Shown here: one piece after another, positions 46,100-55,163 of the stretch
Numbering within the stretch: the first letter of the stretch is position 1
Layout of the letters: the number at the start of each line of letters is the position of its first letter
NCBI GenBank assembly: GCA_964544935.1
Contig: CAZJDZ010000001.1
Span: 27,018-91,017 of the forward strand
Source of the DNA: an uncultured Candidatus Saccharibacteria bacterium
Lineage (GTDB): Bacteria > Patescibacteriota > Minisyncoccia > Phycocordibacterales > UBA5272
DNA: 64,000 nucleotides
Direction of reading: 5' to 3'
Program-made: the position numbers and the translations under genes
Notes under the pieces: model-generated
What the model was told of the DNA's origin: nothing
What the model saw: only the letters and a program-made list of their open reading frames with translations
The model's database searches: none

Positions 46100-46870
46100 C
46101 TACTGATTAATGAATTTAAAACTCTCAAGAATAGTTTTTGCAGTGACATCTTCTTCTGGTAACCAAACCATGAATTTGAGACCGTTATTTTCCATAAAAA
46201 GATAACGATACTTTTTTGATAATGAATATGAAGCATTTTCAGTATGAAACTCGCCAGTCAAGGTAAACTGATACACTACTTTACCACCTATAGTCGTTTG
46301 GGAAATTTGTCCGACTTCTTTATTTACTCCATTTGGGTTTATATATTCTTTATTTTCTCTCCAAATTTCCTGCACAAATTCTTTGAGGGGCAATTTCGTC
46401 ACCTTAATTGCAGCAGGGTCACCCGAATAACCTTGTACCTCAACATTAAAATTAGTTTTATTTCCTGACCAATAAACACTAAAAGCTTCATTCTCGTCAG
46501 TTGTAAATTCATTGCTTTCCACAAAACTAATTTGTGGGTGATTAAAACTGTAACCATACTTCTTATTCGTGAATGTAAGCCATCCCTCTGTGGCCTCGCT
46601 AGTATTTGAAGATGCTTGCTGCGCTGTAGAAGTGGTGGCTACCTGGGCAGTTGTCGAATTAGAAATCTGCACTTCAGAAAGTTCTTGTGGAATACTTTGC
46701 TTGCTTTCTGAACTAAAAGTAGATGATTGATGATCACTATAATACGCAACTAGAACTGCTACAGAAATAAAAACAAAAGCAGCAAGAGCGATTAGTGATT
46801 GTTTCTTATGATTTACTAATTGAATAGGTTGAGTAGCAGAAACTGAAGGTGTTTGATTGTTTATTTCCAT
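46100..46870 (-). CDS. hypothetical membrane-anchored extracellular protein
   Basis: N-terminal TM segment (LIALAAFVFISVAVLVAYY); no catalytic motif. Confidence 0.5.
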   Translation of the reverse strand: MEINNQTPSVSATQPIQLVNHKKQSLIALAAFVFISVAVLVAYYSDHQSSTFSSESKQSIPQELSEVQISNSTTAQVATTSTAQQASSNTSEATEGWLTFTNKKYGYSFNHPQISFVESNEFTTDENEAFSVYWSGNKTNFNVEVQGYSGDPAAIKVTKLPLKEFVQEIWRENKEYINPNGVNKEVGQISQTTIGGKVVYQFTLTGEFHTENASYSLSKKYRYLFMENNGLKFMVWLPEEDVTAKTILESFKFINQ

Positions 46871-47231
46871 AATACTAATTTAGTAAGTATACCTAATAAG
46901 GTGATACATATATATTGTTATCAACAAGAATAGATTATTAATAAGACAAAGGTAATCGGTCACCTCGTCTTACTTCTCTCGAAACAGGAGACTCCGTGGC
47001 CCCTATCTGATTCCTAACAGAGATCAAATAGTTTTATTCATCCCATAAACTAATACACGTTATGCTCTCGACAGGAAACGTGAGTAAACTTTCGGTCACA
47101 GAATCATTTTTAGATTACTAAAATAAAAGATTCTGCGACCCCTATCCGATTCCTGACGAAAAGCACGCAGGTGCTTTTCTCCGAGAGCACAGAATACAAA
47201 AAGTAACATCAAGTGATGTCACTTTTTGTAT

Positions 47232-47307
47232 TCTGTGCTCTCGGCAGGAATCGGACCCACATTAATCCCTTAGGACGGGACTGTTCTATCCATTGAACTA
47301 CGAGAGC
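47232..47307 (-). tRNA. tRNA-Arg(CCU)-like
   Basis: Manual fold: acceptor GCTCTCG/CGAGAGC; D-arm GTTC..GAAC with GG; anticodon loop GUCCUAA; T-arm GTGGG-TCCGATT-CCTGC. Atypical residues at positions 32 and 55. Confidence 0.5.
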
Positions 47308-47371
47308 GTCACGCTTGATTCTAACATATTGTGCTTTTGGTGACACTTTAAAATAGGATATACTGGTCACC

Positions 47372-47695
47372 ATGAATACTAAGAATATGACTAACGAAGA
47401 AAAGCTTGATGCAATATATGAGATGACTCTTCAAAACCATGAGGTCCTTAAAACAATTCGTAGGCAACACTATTTTTCAAGTATACTCCGTATTCTCTAC
47501 TGGTTATTAGTTTTTGGTTTTATTGGAGGAGCGTATTATTTTCTTGGACCTATTATCAATACGTTTACAGGAGGATCATCTTCTGTAGGCAACACACTAC
47601 TACAACTTGATCAACTAAAAAACCAACTCCCTGAAGCAAAAATGCTTAACCAAGTAATTGATGGCCTACAAAAATCAAGCGTGAGTAATCAATAA
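47372..47695 (+). CDS. hypothetical membrane protein
   Basis: 107 aa with one TM segment (ILYWLLVFGFIGGAYYFLGPII). Confidence 0.45.
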   Translation: MNTKNMTNEEKLDAIYEMTLQNHEVLKTIRRQHYFSSILRILYWLLVFGFIGGAYYFLGPIINTFTGGSSSVGNTLLQLDQLKNQLPEAKMLNQVIDGLQKSSVSNQ

Positions 47696-47895
47696 CCTTA
47701 CTACACCACCGCGTTGAAGGCTGTTCCTTTTTATGCTAGAATTGAGAAATCAACAAAAAAGTTGAAGTTGTAGAATATACTGGGATAGCTCGAGAAGCTT
47801 GGCTTCGAAGATATCTGGAACCAGCAGGTGGAAGACGCAAGTTGTTAGATTGTTCAAGTGAAAATAAACAAAGTAGGCAGAAGAAATAAACATAT

Positions 47896-47968
47896 GCTGG
47901 GATAGCTCAGTTGGTAGAGCATTTGCCTGAAGAGCAAAGGGTCCCCAGTTCGAGCCTGGGTCCCAGCA
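47896..47968 (+). tRNA. tRNA-Phe(GAA)
   Basis: GCTGGGA acceptor; D-arm GCTCAGTTGGTAGAGC; anticodon arm TTTGC-CTGAAGA-GCAAA; T-arm GGGTC-CCCAG..; a long palindromic hairpin follows (47970..48022). Confidence 0.9.
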
Positions 47969-48045
47969 CAAAATACAAAAAGCAGTATCTAAAAAGATGC
48001 TGCTTTTTGTATTTTGTGCTGGGACAGTACGACGCCTGCGCGTCG

Positions 48046-48116
48046 TACGTCCAGGTTCGAATAGGGGTCGCGGAACAAACTCGAGGAGCTTGTGACGAGG
48101 AGTTCCGTGACCGAAC
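48046..48116 (+). repeat. copy of the conserved ~70-nt tRNA-flanking element (core TCGAATAGGGGTCGCGGA, nested helices)
   Basis: Outer helix CAGGTTCG/CGAACCTG and inner helix GTCGCGGAAC/GTTCCGTGAC. Homologous copies occur at 29276..29367 (also in R2), 48146..48215, 29386..29510, and inverted at 24100..24135, 46965..46992 and 47136..47160. Confidence 0.6.
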
Positions 48117-48294
48117 CTGATTTCTAAAGTGACCTTCGTCACTTTTGTCCAGGCTCGAATAGGGGTCGCGGAGTAACTTCGATGTCCGAAGTATGGAGGG
48201 TCTCTGTGACTGACTCCCTGATAATTTGACAATATACTTTTAAAGTTGTAGATTTATTTTGTTCTTCACTCAATTAGCAGCAAAGGAGACTTTT

Positions 48295-48498
48295 ATGTCA
48301 GGCAATGTTTTTATGAACCCTTTGGCAGTCTGGATTTTCATTGCGATCATCTTTGCCATTCCGACGATTATCGGTCTGGCTAGTAGCTCATGGTTATTGT
48401 TCTTTATTACTATGTTGATCGAACTTGTCCTTGCTTCTGTGTGCTACAAGATTAACGATAACCGACGTCTCAACAAGGCCTGGCACGACTTATCTTGA
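48295..48498 (+). CDS. small membrane protein (67 aa) with AAGGAG SD
   Basis: MSGNVFMNPLAVWIFIAIIFAIPTIIGLASSSWLLFFITMLIELVLASV; terminator at 48515..48550. Confidence 0.5.
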   Translation: MSGNVFMNPLAVWIFIAIIFAIPTIIGLASSSWLLFFITMLIELVLASVCYKINDNRRLNKAWHDLS

Positions 48499-48561
48499 GA
48501 AACTATTTACCTTTGTTACACAGAAACCCGCTGCATACCAGCGGGTTTTTTATTATCTCCT

Positions 48562-48816
48562 TTATTCCGCAATCTCAAGTATCTTCGCCATCTGTGCTGG
48601 ATTAAATCCAACCATAACATCATCTCCAATTTTGATAACTGGCACACCAAGTTGTCCTGTCATCTCAACCATTTCTTTCCGCTTCTCCATATCCTCCCCA
48701 ACATTATAATCCTCAAACGGAATATTTTTTGTCGCAAGCCATTCCTTTGCCATGTGACAAAAATGACATGTTGGTGTACTAAAAATTTCTACTTTTTTTG
48801 TTGCTTGTGTATCCAT
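48562..48816 (-). CDS. glutaredoxin-like protein (NrdH/Grx family)
   Basis: IFSTPTCHFCHMAKEWL CxxC motif in an 84-aa thioredoxin-fold-sized protein. Confidence 0.75.
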   Translation of the reverse strand: MDTQATKKVEIFSTPTCHFCHMAKEWLATKNIPFEDYNVGEDMEKRKEMVEMTGQLGVPVIKIGDDVMVGFNPAQMAKILEIAE

Positions 48817-48879
48817 ATGAAAGAAAGTATACAGAATTTACTGAGAAAAACAAACGTTCTGTTTTAGGTTGCCTATATG

Positions 48880-49269
48880 CTACTTTTTAAAATAATCTTT
48901 CCACCAAATACTCAACCGTTCCAAAACTGTCATTTCATTACGAACAGGACTGACAGGAACCTTATCGTCATCATAAATAACAATTACCCCTTCTCCACTC
49001 TTCACAACCGGATACGTAGTGCGTATATAACTTTCAAAACCACGCTCTGTACCTATAGCTTCTGTTTGTTTACTTGCTCTATCTACTTTTTTTTGTAACT
49101 CATCCCGCTCTTTTGCTGAATCATTACGAAGTTTTGTCACTTCAATACGTTTATTGTTAAGTTCCATAATTGAACGAAGAAGAAGAACAATAAGTAAGAA
49201 AAGTACTACAAGAGTAACTCGAGAATAGACAAGAGTCCGAATCATATGTTTTTGTTGATATTCTCGCAT
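48880..49269 (-). CDS. septum formation initiator (FtsB/DivIC-like)
   Basis: N-terminal TM segment followed by a coiled coil (ELNNKRIEVTKLRNDSAKERDELQKKV). Confidence 0.5.
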   Translation of the reverse strand: MREYQQKHMIRTLVYSRVTLVVLFLLIVLLLRSIMELNNKRIEVTKLRNDSAKERDELQKKVDRASKQTEAIGTERGFESYIRTTYPVVKSGEGVIVIYDDDKVPVSPVRNEMTVLERLSIWWKDYFKK

Positions 49270-49564
49270 AGCTTTGCTAGTATATAGTTTACCATGGCGC
49301 CCACACTAAAAGTGGCTACCTATAATACAATACCTATGATATTTAATGCAAAAAATAAAAAAACAATACAACGAGTGTGGGCAGTTATCTCGATTCTTGC
49401 AATCGTTGGAATGATTGGATTTTCTTTGATTCCTTTTATTGGATAACGACTACCGATAAAAAATGCACGACGCCTACGGCGTCGTGCATTTTTTATATAT
49501 CAATCTAAACCAGAAAGAGAATCTGTACCAGAGCTACATACTTTAGTGACATATCATACATAGG

Positions 49565-50089
49565 CTATTTTTCGTTACGGTGTATTTCTAAGTATTTCTT
49601 AAATGCTTCTAGATGCGTCCTAACATTAAACTGTGAAGCGTACTCTTCAAATGGAAGAGTCTCTATTTGTTGCTCAAGAATAGCTTGTACTGTATCTTTT
49701 GACTCCCATGTAAGCACACATTCTTGTTCGCTTGCATCAGTAGTTGTCGGAGTCCCTTTTTCCCCTACTACTCCGGCTACAAAAAAATGAATCTCATATT
49801 TTTTTGCAGAAAGATCTCTATATTGATCGTACTGTCCGATGTACTGAATAATAAGAATCTTACAGCCAAGTTCTTCCTGACACTCGCGGATAAGCGCTTC
49901 TTCAAGAGATTCATTTCCTTCCACTCCACCACCCGGAAAAAGACTGTGTCCTCTTACTGAAAGAAGAGCAATATTTCCTTCCTCATCAAATACTATACCT
50001 TTGACAGTTGGTCTCTTTACATAGAACTTTGGTGCAGGACTTGGATTTTCAAAAATATCACTATCTTTAATTGTTGAAATAACTTCCAT
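49565..50089 (-). CDS. NUDIX hydrolase (paralog of 19142..19663)
   Basis: Nudix box PGGGVEGNESLEEALIRECQEELG; collinear similarity to the other Nudix protein. Confidence 0.8.
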   Translation of the reverse strand: MEVISTIKDSDIFENPSPAPKFYVKRPTVKGIVFDEEGNIALLSVRGHSLFPGGGVEGNESLEEALIRECQEELGCKILIIQYIGQYDQYRDLSAKKYEIHFFVAGVVGEKGTPTTTDASEQECVLTWESKDTVQAILEQQIETLPFEEYASQFNVRTHLEAFKKYLEIHRNEK

Positions 50090-50192
50090 ACACCAAAAAG
50101 TATACCACTTATATACTCTTGGAATTATAAAACTTACAAAAGTTTTGTATCTGTCTGCGTAGTTTACTTATAAACTACACTGTCTACGACTA

Positions 50193-51995
50193 TCACTTCT
50201 CCCCCGGTTTCATCATGTTCAAAAATGTATCATGTGAGATATGAACCTTTCCGTCACGTTCCATTCTTTCTTTTCCACGCTTCTGCTTCTCACGAAGTTT
50301 CATCTTTCGTGTAATGTCTCCACCATACATATATCCTGTAACATCTTTCTTCATTGGTGCTATTGAACGCGATGCGATGATACGTCCATGAACATAGGCT
50401 TGGATCTTTACACGGAATAATTCTGTTGGAAGAATCTTTTCAAGTTTCTCTACCACTTCTTCACTTTCTTCTCGTGTTCGGTGCTCAGGAATGACTCGTG
50501 AGAAAGCAGTAACACGCTCTTCTGCAACATATACATCAAGTCTCGTCACATGAGCATCCTTCATTTCCCCTGGTTCATAAACAATAGAAGCATATCCACT
50601 TGATGCAGACTTTACTTCATTAAAGAAATTACGCATAAGTTCACGAAGTGGCATGTTAAGCGTAATCTTAACGCGATTATGACCCCAATCCAAAAGATCA
50701 ATTACCGTAGCCTCATGTGGCGGAAATAGCTGCATAAGAGGACTTACGTAGTCGTGTGGGGTAATGATAGTCAATATAATCCATGGTTCCCTAACAGAAA
50801 TGTATTGTCCATGATCAGGAAAGTGTATTGGGGTATACACCATCTCTACTTCACCATTTTTTAGCGTTACTTCATAGGTAATAGAAGGTGTAGTCACCAC
50901 AAGCTCTTGATTAAATTCACGACGAAGACGCTCAGTAACAATTTCTAAGTGAAGCATTCCAAGGAATCCACAACGAAACCCTCTTCCAAGCGCACCTGAC
51001 GACTCTTCTTCAAAGGTAAGTGACGAGTCAGAGAGTTTAAGTTTAGAAAGAGAACTTCGAAGATCATCAAACTCATCTTGGGATTCTGGATAGATTGAAG
51101 CGAACACAATCGGAACAGGTTCTGCATATCCAGGAAATGCTGGGAGTGGTCGTGACTGTGTTGTTACCGTGTCTCCAACACGCGCAATACCAGGCTCTTT
51201 AATTCCTGTAATGATATATCCAATCTCTCCAGCATTAACACTTTGTGCTTCACGTTTATCTGGTGAAAATCTCCCAACCTCACGAACGATAAACTTATGA
51301 TTTGACTGCACAAAGAGAAGTGTATCCCCTGCTTTCACACTTCCATCAAGCACACGAGTGTAGAGAATAACTCCCATATGATTACTGTACTCGAAGTCAA
51401 AGATAAGGGCGCGGGCTTGTGAAGTGCCTTCAGCCCCAAACTCACTTTTTGGAGCAGGAATTCTTGCAATGATTTCTTCGATAAGCTCCTTCACCCCTTC
51501 ACCTGTTTTACCAGATACTGCCAAGATATCTTTTTCATCACAGTGTAGCAACTCTATGATTTCATCCTTAACATCATCAGGTCGGGCAAGAGGACTATCA
51601 ATTTTAGTCATTACGGGAATAATAGTAAGCCCTGAATTCTTTGCCATCTCAAGCGTGGTAAGAGTCTGTGCTTGTACACCTTGTGTTGAATCAACAAGAA
51701 GTAGCGTACCTTCTACCGCCTGAAGAGCACGAGACACTTCATACGAAAAATCAATATGTCCTGGGGTGTCAATTAAGTTAAGGATATACTCTTTCCCATT
51801 GTTACCTTTCCAGTTCATTCGAACAGGTGTCATCTTGATTGTGATACCTCGTTCACGTTCAAGTTCCATTGAGTCTAAGACTTGCTCTTTCATATGTCTC
51901 TTGTCAACAGTTGCAGTTACTTCAAGAAGTCTGTCTGCCAGAGTCGATTTACCATGGTCAATATGCGCGATAATAGAAAAGTTACGAATTTCCAT
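50193..51995 (-). CDS. lepA: elongation factor 4 (LepA)
   Basis: MEIRNFSIIAHIDHGKSTLADRLL and the characteristic LepA C-terminal domain; 600 aa. Confidence 0.95.
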   Translation of the reverse strand: MEIRNFSIIAHIDHGKSTLADRLLEVTATVDKRHMKEQVLDSMELERERGITIKMTPVRMNWKGNNGKEYILNLIDTPGHIDFSYEVSRALQAVEGTLLLVDSTQGVQAQTLTTLEMAKNSGLTIIPVMTKIDSPLARPDDVKDEIIELLHCDEKDILAVSGKTGEGVKELIEEIIARIPAPKSEFGAEGTSQARALIFDFEYSNHMGVILYTRVLDGSVKAGDTLLFVQSNHKFIVREVGRFSPDKREAQSVNAGEIGYIITGIKEPGIARVGDTVTTQSRPLPAFPGYAEPVPIVFASIYPESQDEFDDLRSSLSKLKLSDSSLTFEEESSGALGRGFRCGFLGMLHLEIVTERLRREFNQELVVTTPSITYEVTLKNGEVEMVYTPIHFPDHGQYISVREPWIILTIITPHDYVSPLMQLFPPHEATVIDLLDWGHNRVKITLNMPLRELMRNFFNEVKSASSGYASIVYEPGEMKDAHVTRLDVYVAEERVTAFSRVIPEHRTREESEEVVEKLEKILPTELFRVKIQAYVHGRIIASRSIAPMKKDVTGYMYGGDITRKMKLREKQKRGKERMERDGKVHISHDTFLNMMKPGEK

Positions 51996-52053
51996 AGATA
52001 TCTTCCTATACTACACGAAAAACACCTATTAGTAAAAAGAAAGCTGACGTATA

Positions 52054-52518
52054 TCAGCTTTCTTGAAGAACAAGCACTTTAATGCGCTCTATTGGCCAAT
52101 CAGACATTTCTACAACATCATCTATGTCTAAGCAAAAAGCAGCAACTGACAACCAGACTCGATGGAACACGTCACTTTCAAAAAAATACTCAATGTGGTA
52201 ATCATACCACTCTTGTGCATTAATATATGAAGCATCATGATACATGCCGAGCAATATTGAAAGAATTAGTTTTACACGAGAATCAATACAGCCATCTCGA
52301 AGACTAGATATTACCTCTTCAAGAAGAACAGCTCTCAGGCTACGCCCTGCAGAAATCCCTCCTGAATCATATCTTTCCCAAAGATTACTCAAACACCTAA
52401 CAGCGATATCAAGAGATGGAGTATCAGTTGCCAAATTTTCTATTACAAATTTGCAGAAAAATTCCTTCTGTTTTTGTGGGATATGCGTATCGTGACACAA
52501 ATGAACAAGTGATTTCAT
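52054..52518 (-). CDS. hypothetical protein
   Basis: 154-aa ORF with no motif. Confidence 0.4.
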   Translation of the reverse strand: MKSLVHLCHDTHIPQKQKEFFCKFVIENLATDTPSLDIAVRCLSNLWERYDSGGISAGRSLRAVLLEEVISSLRDGCIDSRVKLILSILLGMYHDASYINAQEWYDYHIEYFFESDVFHRVWLSVAAFCLDIDDVVEMSDWPIERIKVLVLQES

Positions 52519-52631
52519 GGCAAACCCTCTTATATGTTATAGCAACACTTATCACATACCTCGTTCTACCATAAAGAAAAAATAATGGCAAAAGATTGAT
52601 ACAAGAGGTTTTTTAAATTACTTCAATCATC

Positions 52632-53936
52632 TTATTTATTCCCCATAAAAACCTTTGACTTCTGGAGAAAATGACTCCTTTTATACAAAATTGCATACAA
52701 TACAGAAGACGTAAAAAAGTACACAACTATTCCATATACAAGTGAAAAAATGCCGAGCTCTCTAAAATAAAGACAGGCAGACACACAAGCAATAGACCCA
52801 GCAAGGTTGCCGAAGAACACTTTTTTTGTATCTTTCATAGAATAAAAACCTATTGCCAAATACTGTGAAGCCATAGAAAATGGCAGTGCGATCAAAAATC
52901 CAACTAAAAATGTGGCAATAAGGCCATTTGCATTATTGTGACTATACAAAAGTCCTGTAACTACATGCCGCAATGGATATAAAAAGCAGCTAATACTAAT
53001 TGCTCCAAAAAATAAAAGCGATGTGTACTTATACACAAGAGCTTCATGTTCCTTAATTCTCCCTTCCTCATGCTCACGAGAAAGTATAGGGAGACTCGCA
53101 GTTGTAACACTTTGTGAAATAATCTGTGAAATTGCGTCAGTGATTCGTTGTGCAAATAAAAATGACGAGAGTACGCCTGGGCCAAGGGTTGTTGCAAACG
53201 CAGTAAGAAACATAACACGTAACTGTGAGACTATGTTAGTAAACGATCTTGGAAAAGCAAACATGACGAGTTCCTTCACATACATACTACTAATATTGTG
53301 TTTCTTAATTGAAAACTTGTGCGACTTAAGAGAGATTGATTGAATAAGGAGCGCAGTAACTGCTCCGAGTAATACTCCAAAAATAAGCCCCTTCACTCCA
53401 TGGTCATGATAAAAGAATACAATTCCGAGAATAATTCCAAGAGAATACCCGAGTGGGGCAATTGCATAATACAAGAACTCATTTTTTATTTGAGCAAAAC
53501 AAGAGATAAGCGACGAAATACCAAGCAAGAGTGGCTGGAACATGAGGATTCTCGTTGCAAAAATAAATTCTTGTAACTGTTCATCTGAAAACCCTGGAAC
53601 AATTAATCGTGCGTAAAAATTAATTGTACTCATAACAACAATAATAATTACTGTCATCAATAAACTAAAGAAAAAAAGAAGCGATGTAAATCTTTTTTCT
53701 GCTTCAATAATTCTGCCATTTTTGTTTTCTTTTGTCAGAAAAGGAACTACAGTTCCAGCTGTAATAAATGCCAAAAAAATACCATATGAAAGATCTGGTA
53801 ATCGAAAAGCTGCATTATATACGTCAAGCGTTGGTCCAACCCCTACATATACCGCAAGAAGTCTATCTCGTACTATACCGAGCAAAACAGAAGCAATACT
53901 AAATACAGCTAAAAGTACTGAATTTTTGAAAATCAT
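52632..53936 (-). CDS. murJ: lipid II flippase MurJ/MviN-family membrane protein
   Basis: Polytopic; N-terminal SVLLGIVRDRLLAVYVGVGPTLDVYNAAFRLPD resembles the MurJ signature region. Confidence 0.65.
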   Translation of the reverse strand: MIFKNSVLLAVFSIASVLLGIVRDRLLAVYVGVGPTLDVYNAAFRLPDLSYGIFLAFITAGTVVPFLTKENKNGRIIEAEKRFTSLLFFFSLLMTVIIIVVMSTINFYARLIVPGFSDEQLQEFIFATRILMFQPLLLGISSLISCFAQIKNEFLYYAIAPLGYSLGIILGIVFFYHDHGVKGLIFGVLLGAVTALLIQSISLKSHKFSIKKHNISSMYVKELVMFAFPRSFTNIVSQLRVMFLTAFATTLGPGVLSSFLFAQRITDAISQIISQSVTTASLPILSREHEEGRIKEHEALVYKYTSLLFFGAISISCFLYPLRHVVTGLLYSHNNANGLIATFLVGFLIALPFSMASQYLAIGFYSMKDTKKVFFGNLAGSIACVSACLYFRELGIFSLVYGIVVYFFTSSVLYAILYKRSHFLQKSKVFMGNK

Positions 53937-54014
53937 TATTATTGTATAATATCAAAAAAATGCTGTAATTAGAAGGCAAAAGAGCGGCGCCTATGGCGCC
54001 GCTCTTTTATCTTT

Positions 54015-54491
54015 GTTCTACCTATAAGCCGAATTCTGTCCTTCTCGTTGCCGAGAATGTGTAATCATGTATCTGAGCGGTATGTTACCACACCGCTTTA
54101 GCGACACTTCCGTATTGCTACGGACACGGTCTTGCACACACGTAAGGATTTAGCCGTTTCAATCATGTGTTACCACATGCATCATCCATATTGCTATGGA
54201 GCCTCCAGCTTTCGCTTCGGGCGTCTCTGCTCGCACCTCTATGATTGCTCACGACGGGCGTTACCCGCTACGCTTTCTTGGCTCTTTTTAAAATACTTGA
54301 CAAATCTTTAAATTTAGTATATAATTGTATCTAAGCCGCCTAAGTTTCCTCATTTCATTCTTTTGCTCCGGGCAAAAAATAAGGAAATACTGGGCGGTTT
54401 TTTGTGTTCTAAAAAGAGCCAAGAGATGTGTTCGGACTTTCCTCCCTCATAAGCTACATTTAAAGCCGTAAGAGTAATTACCCAGTAGAAC
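54015..54491 (-). ncRNA. rnpB: RNase P RNA (bacterial type A-like), boundaries approximate
   Basis: On the minus strand: P4 5'-strand GGAGGAAAGTCCGAAC; GGGTAACGCCC; AGCAGAGACGCC; P4 3'-strand ACAGAATTCGGCTTAT; P1 pairing GTTCTAC/GTAGAAC. No ORF occupies this region. Confidence 0.8.
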
Positions 54492-54563
54492 ATGAGTAAC
54501 AATACAACTAAATTATACAAAAAGCAATAGTGTCGCCTGCGGCGACACTATTGCTTTTTGTAA

Positions 54564-55121
54564 TTAATCCGTCATCTTCACTTTTGAACCAAGATACAGG
54601 CCAAATTTTTCTGAGAGACCCGCATTGATTTCAAGCACATAGCTTGCATCTGCTTGATTCATATAAATCTTTTTAGTATTTGTATATGACTCTGGTGTAA
54701 CATTTCTCTCAATAGAAACAACAACACCATTTTCATTAATCCAAATAATATCAAGAGGGAATGCCATATCTTTCATCCAAAAACCATATCTCCCCGGCAC
54801 ATCAAAAGCAAAAAGCATTCCTTCATCGTCATTCATAATGTGACGACCAGAAAGTCCAAGTTCGCGAGAGGCTTTTGTATTAGCTAGCTCAGCAGTGATG
54901 GCACCTTTTGGCATAAGAATAGTCATATCGCTACGAACGAACTTATCAACAACAACAGAATCACATACTTTTGTAGCTAAACACCTAAACCCATACATAC
55001 TCGAAAAGAATAGTCCAACACAAAGAAGCACAAGAAGTGTATTTCGTATCATTGTGCTTTTTTTAGTAGTCACTGATGAAGATGAACTATTCTTATGTTT
55101 TGTGTATGTATTCTTTTTCAT
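54564..55121 (-). CDS. DUF192 domain protein with N-terminal TM/signal
   Basis: GMLFAFDVPGRYGFWMKDMAFPLDIIWINENGVVVSI...YVLEINAG matches the DUF192 pattern. Confidence 0.7.
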   Translation of the reverse strand: MKKNTYTKHKNSSSSSVTTKKSTMIRNTLLVLLCVGLFFSSMYGFRCLATKVCDSVVVDKFVRSDMTILMPKGAITAELANTKASRELGLSGRHIMNDDEGMLFAFDVPGRYGFWMKDMAFPLDIIWINENGVVVSIERNVTPESYTNTKKIYMNQADASYVLEINAGLSEKFGLYLGSKVKMTD

Positions 55122-55163
55122 GATATTTTCTAGTCCCTAATTTCTAGCAACTAGCCCCTATCC

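Noticed and set aside
47750-48232. 160-aa minus-strand ORF
   Set aside because: It runs across tRNA-Phe and the structured repeat elements, and the translation is low-complexity; it is an artefact of GC-rich structured DNA.
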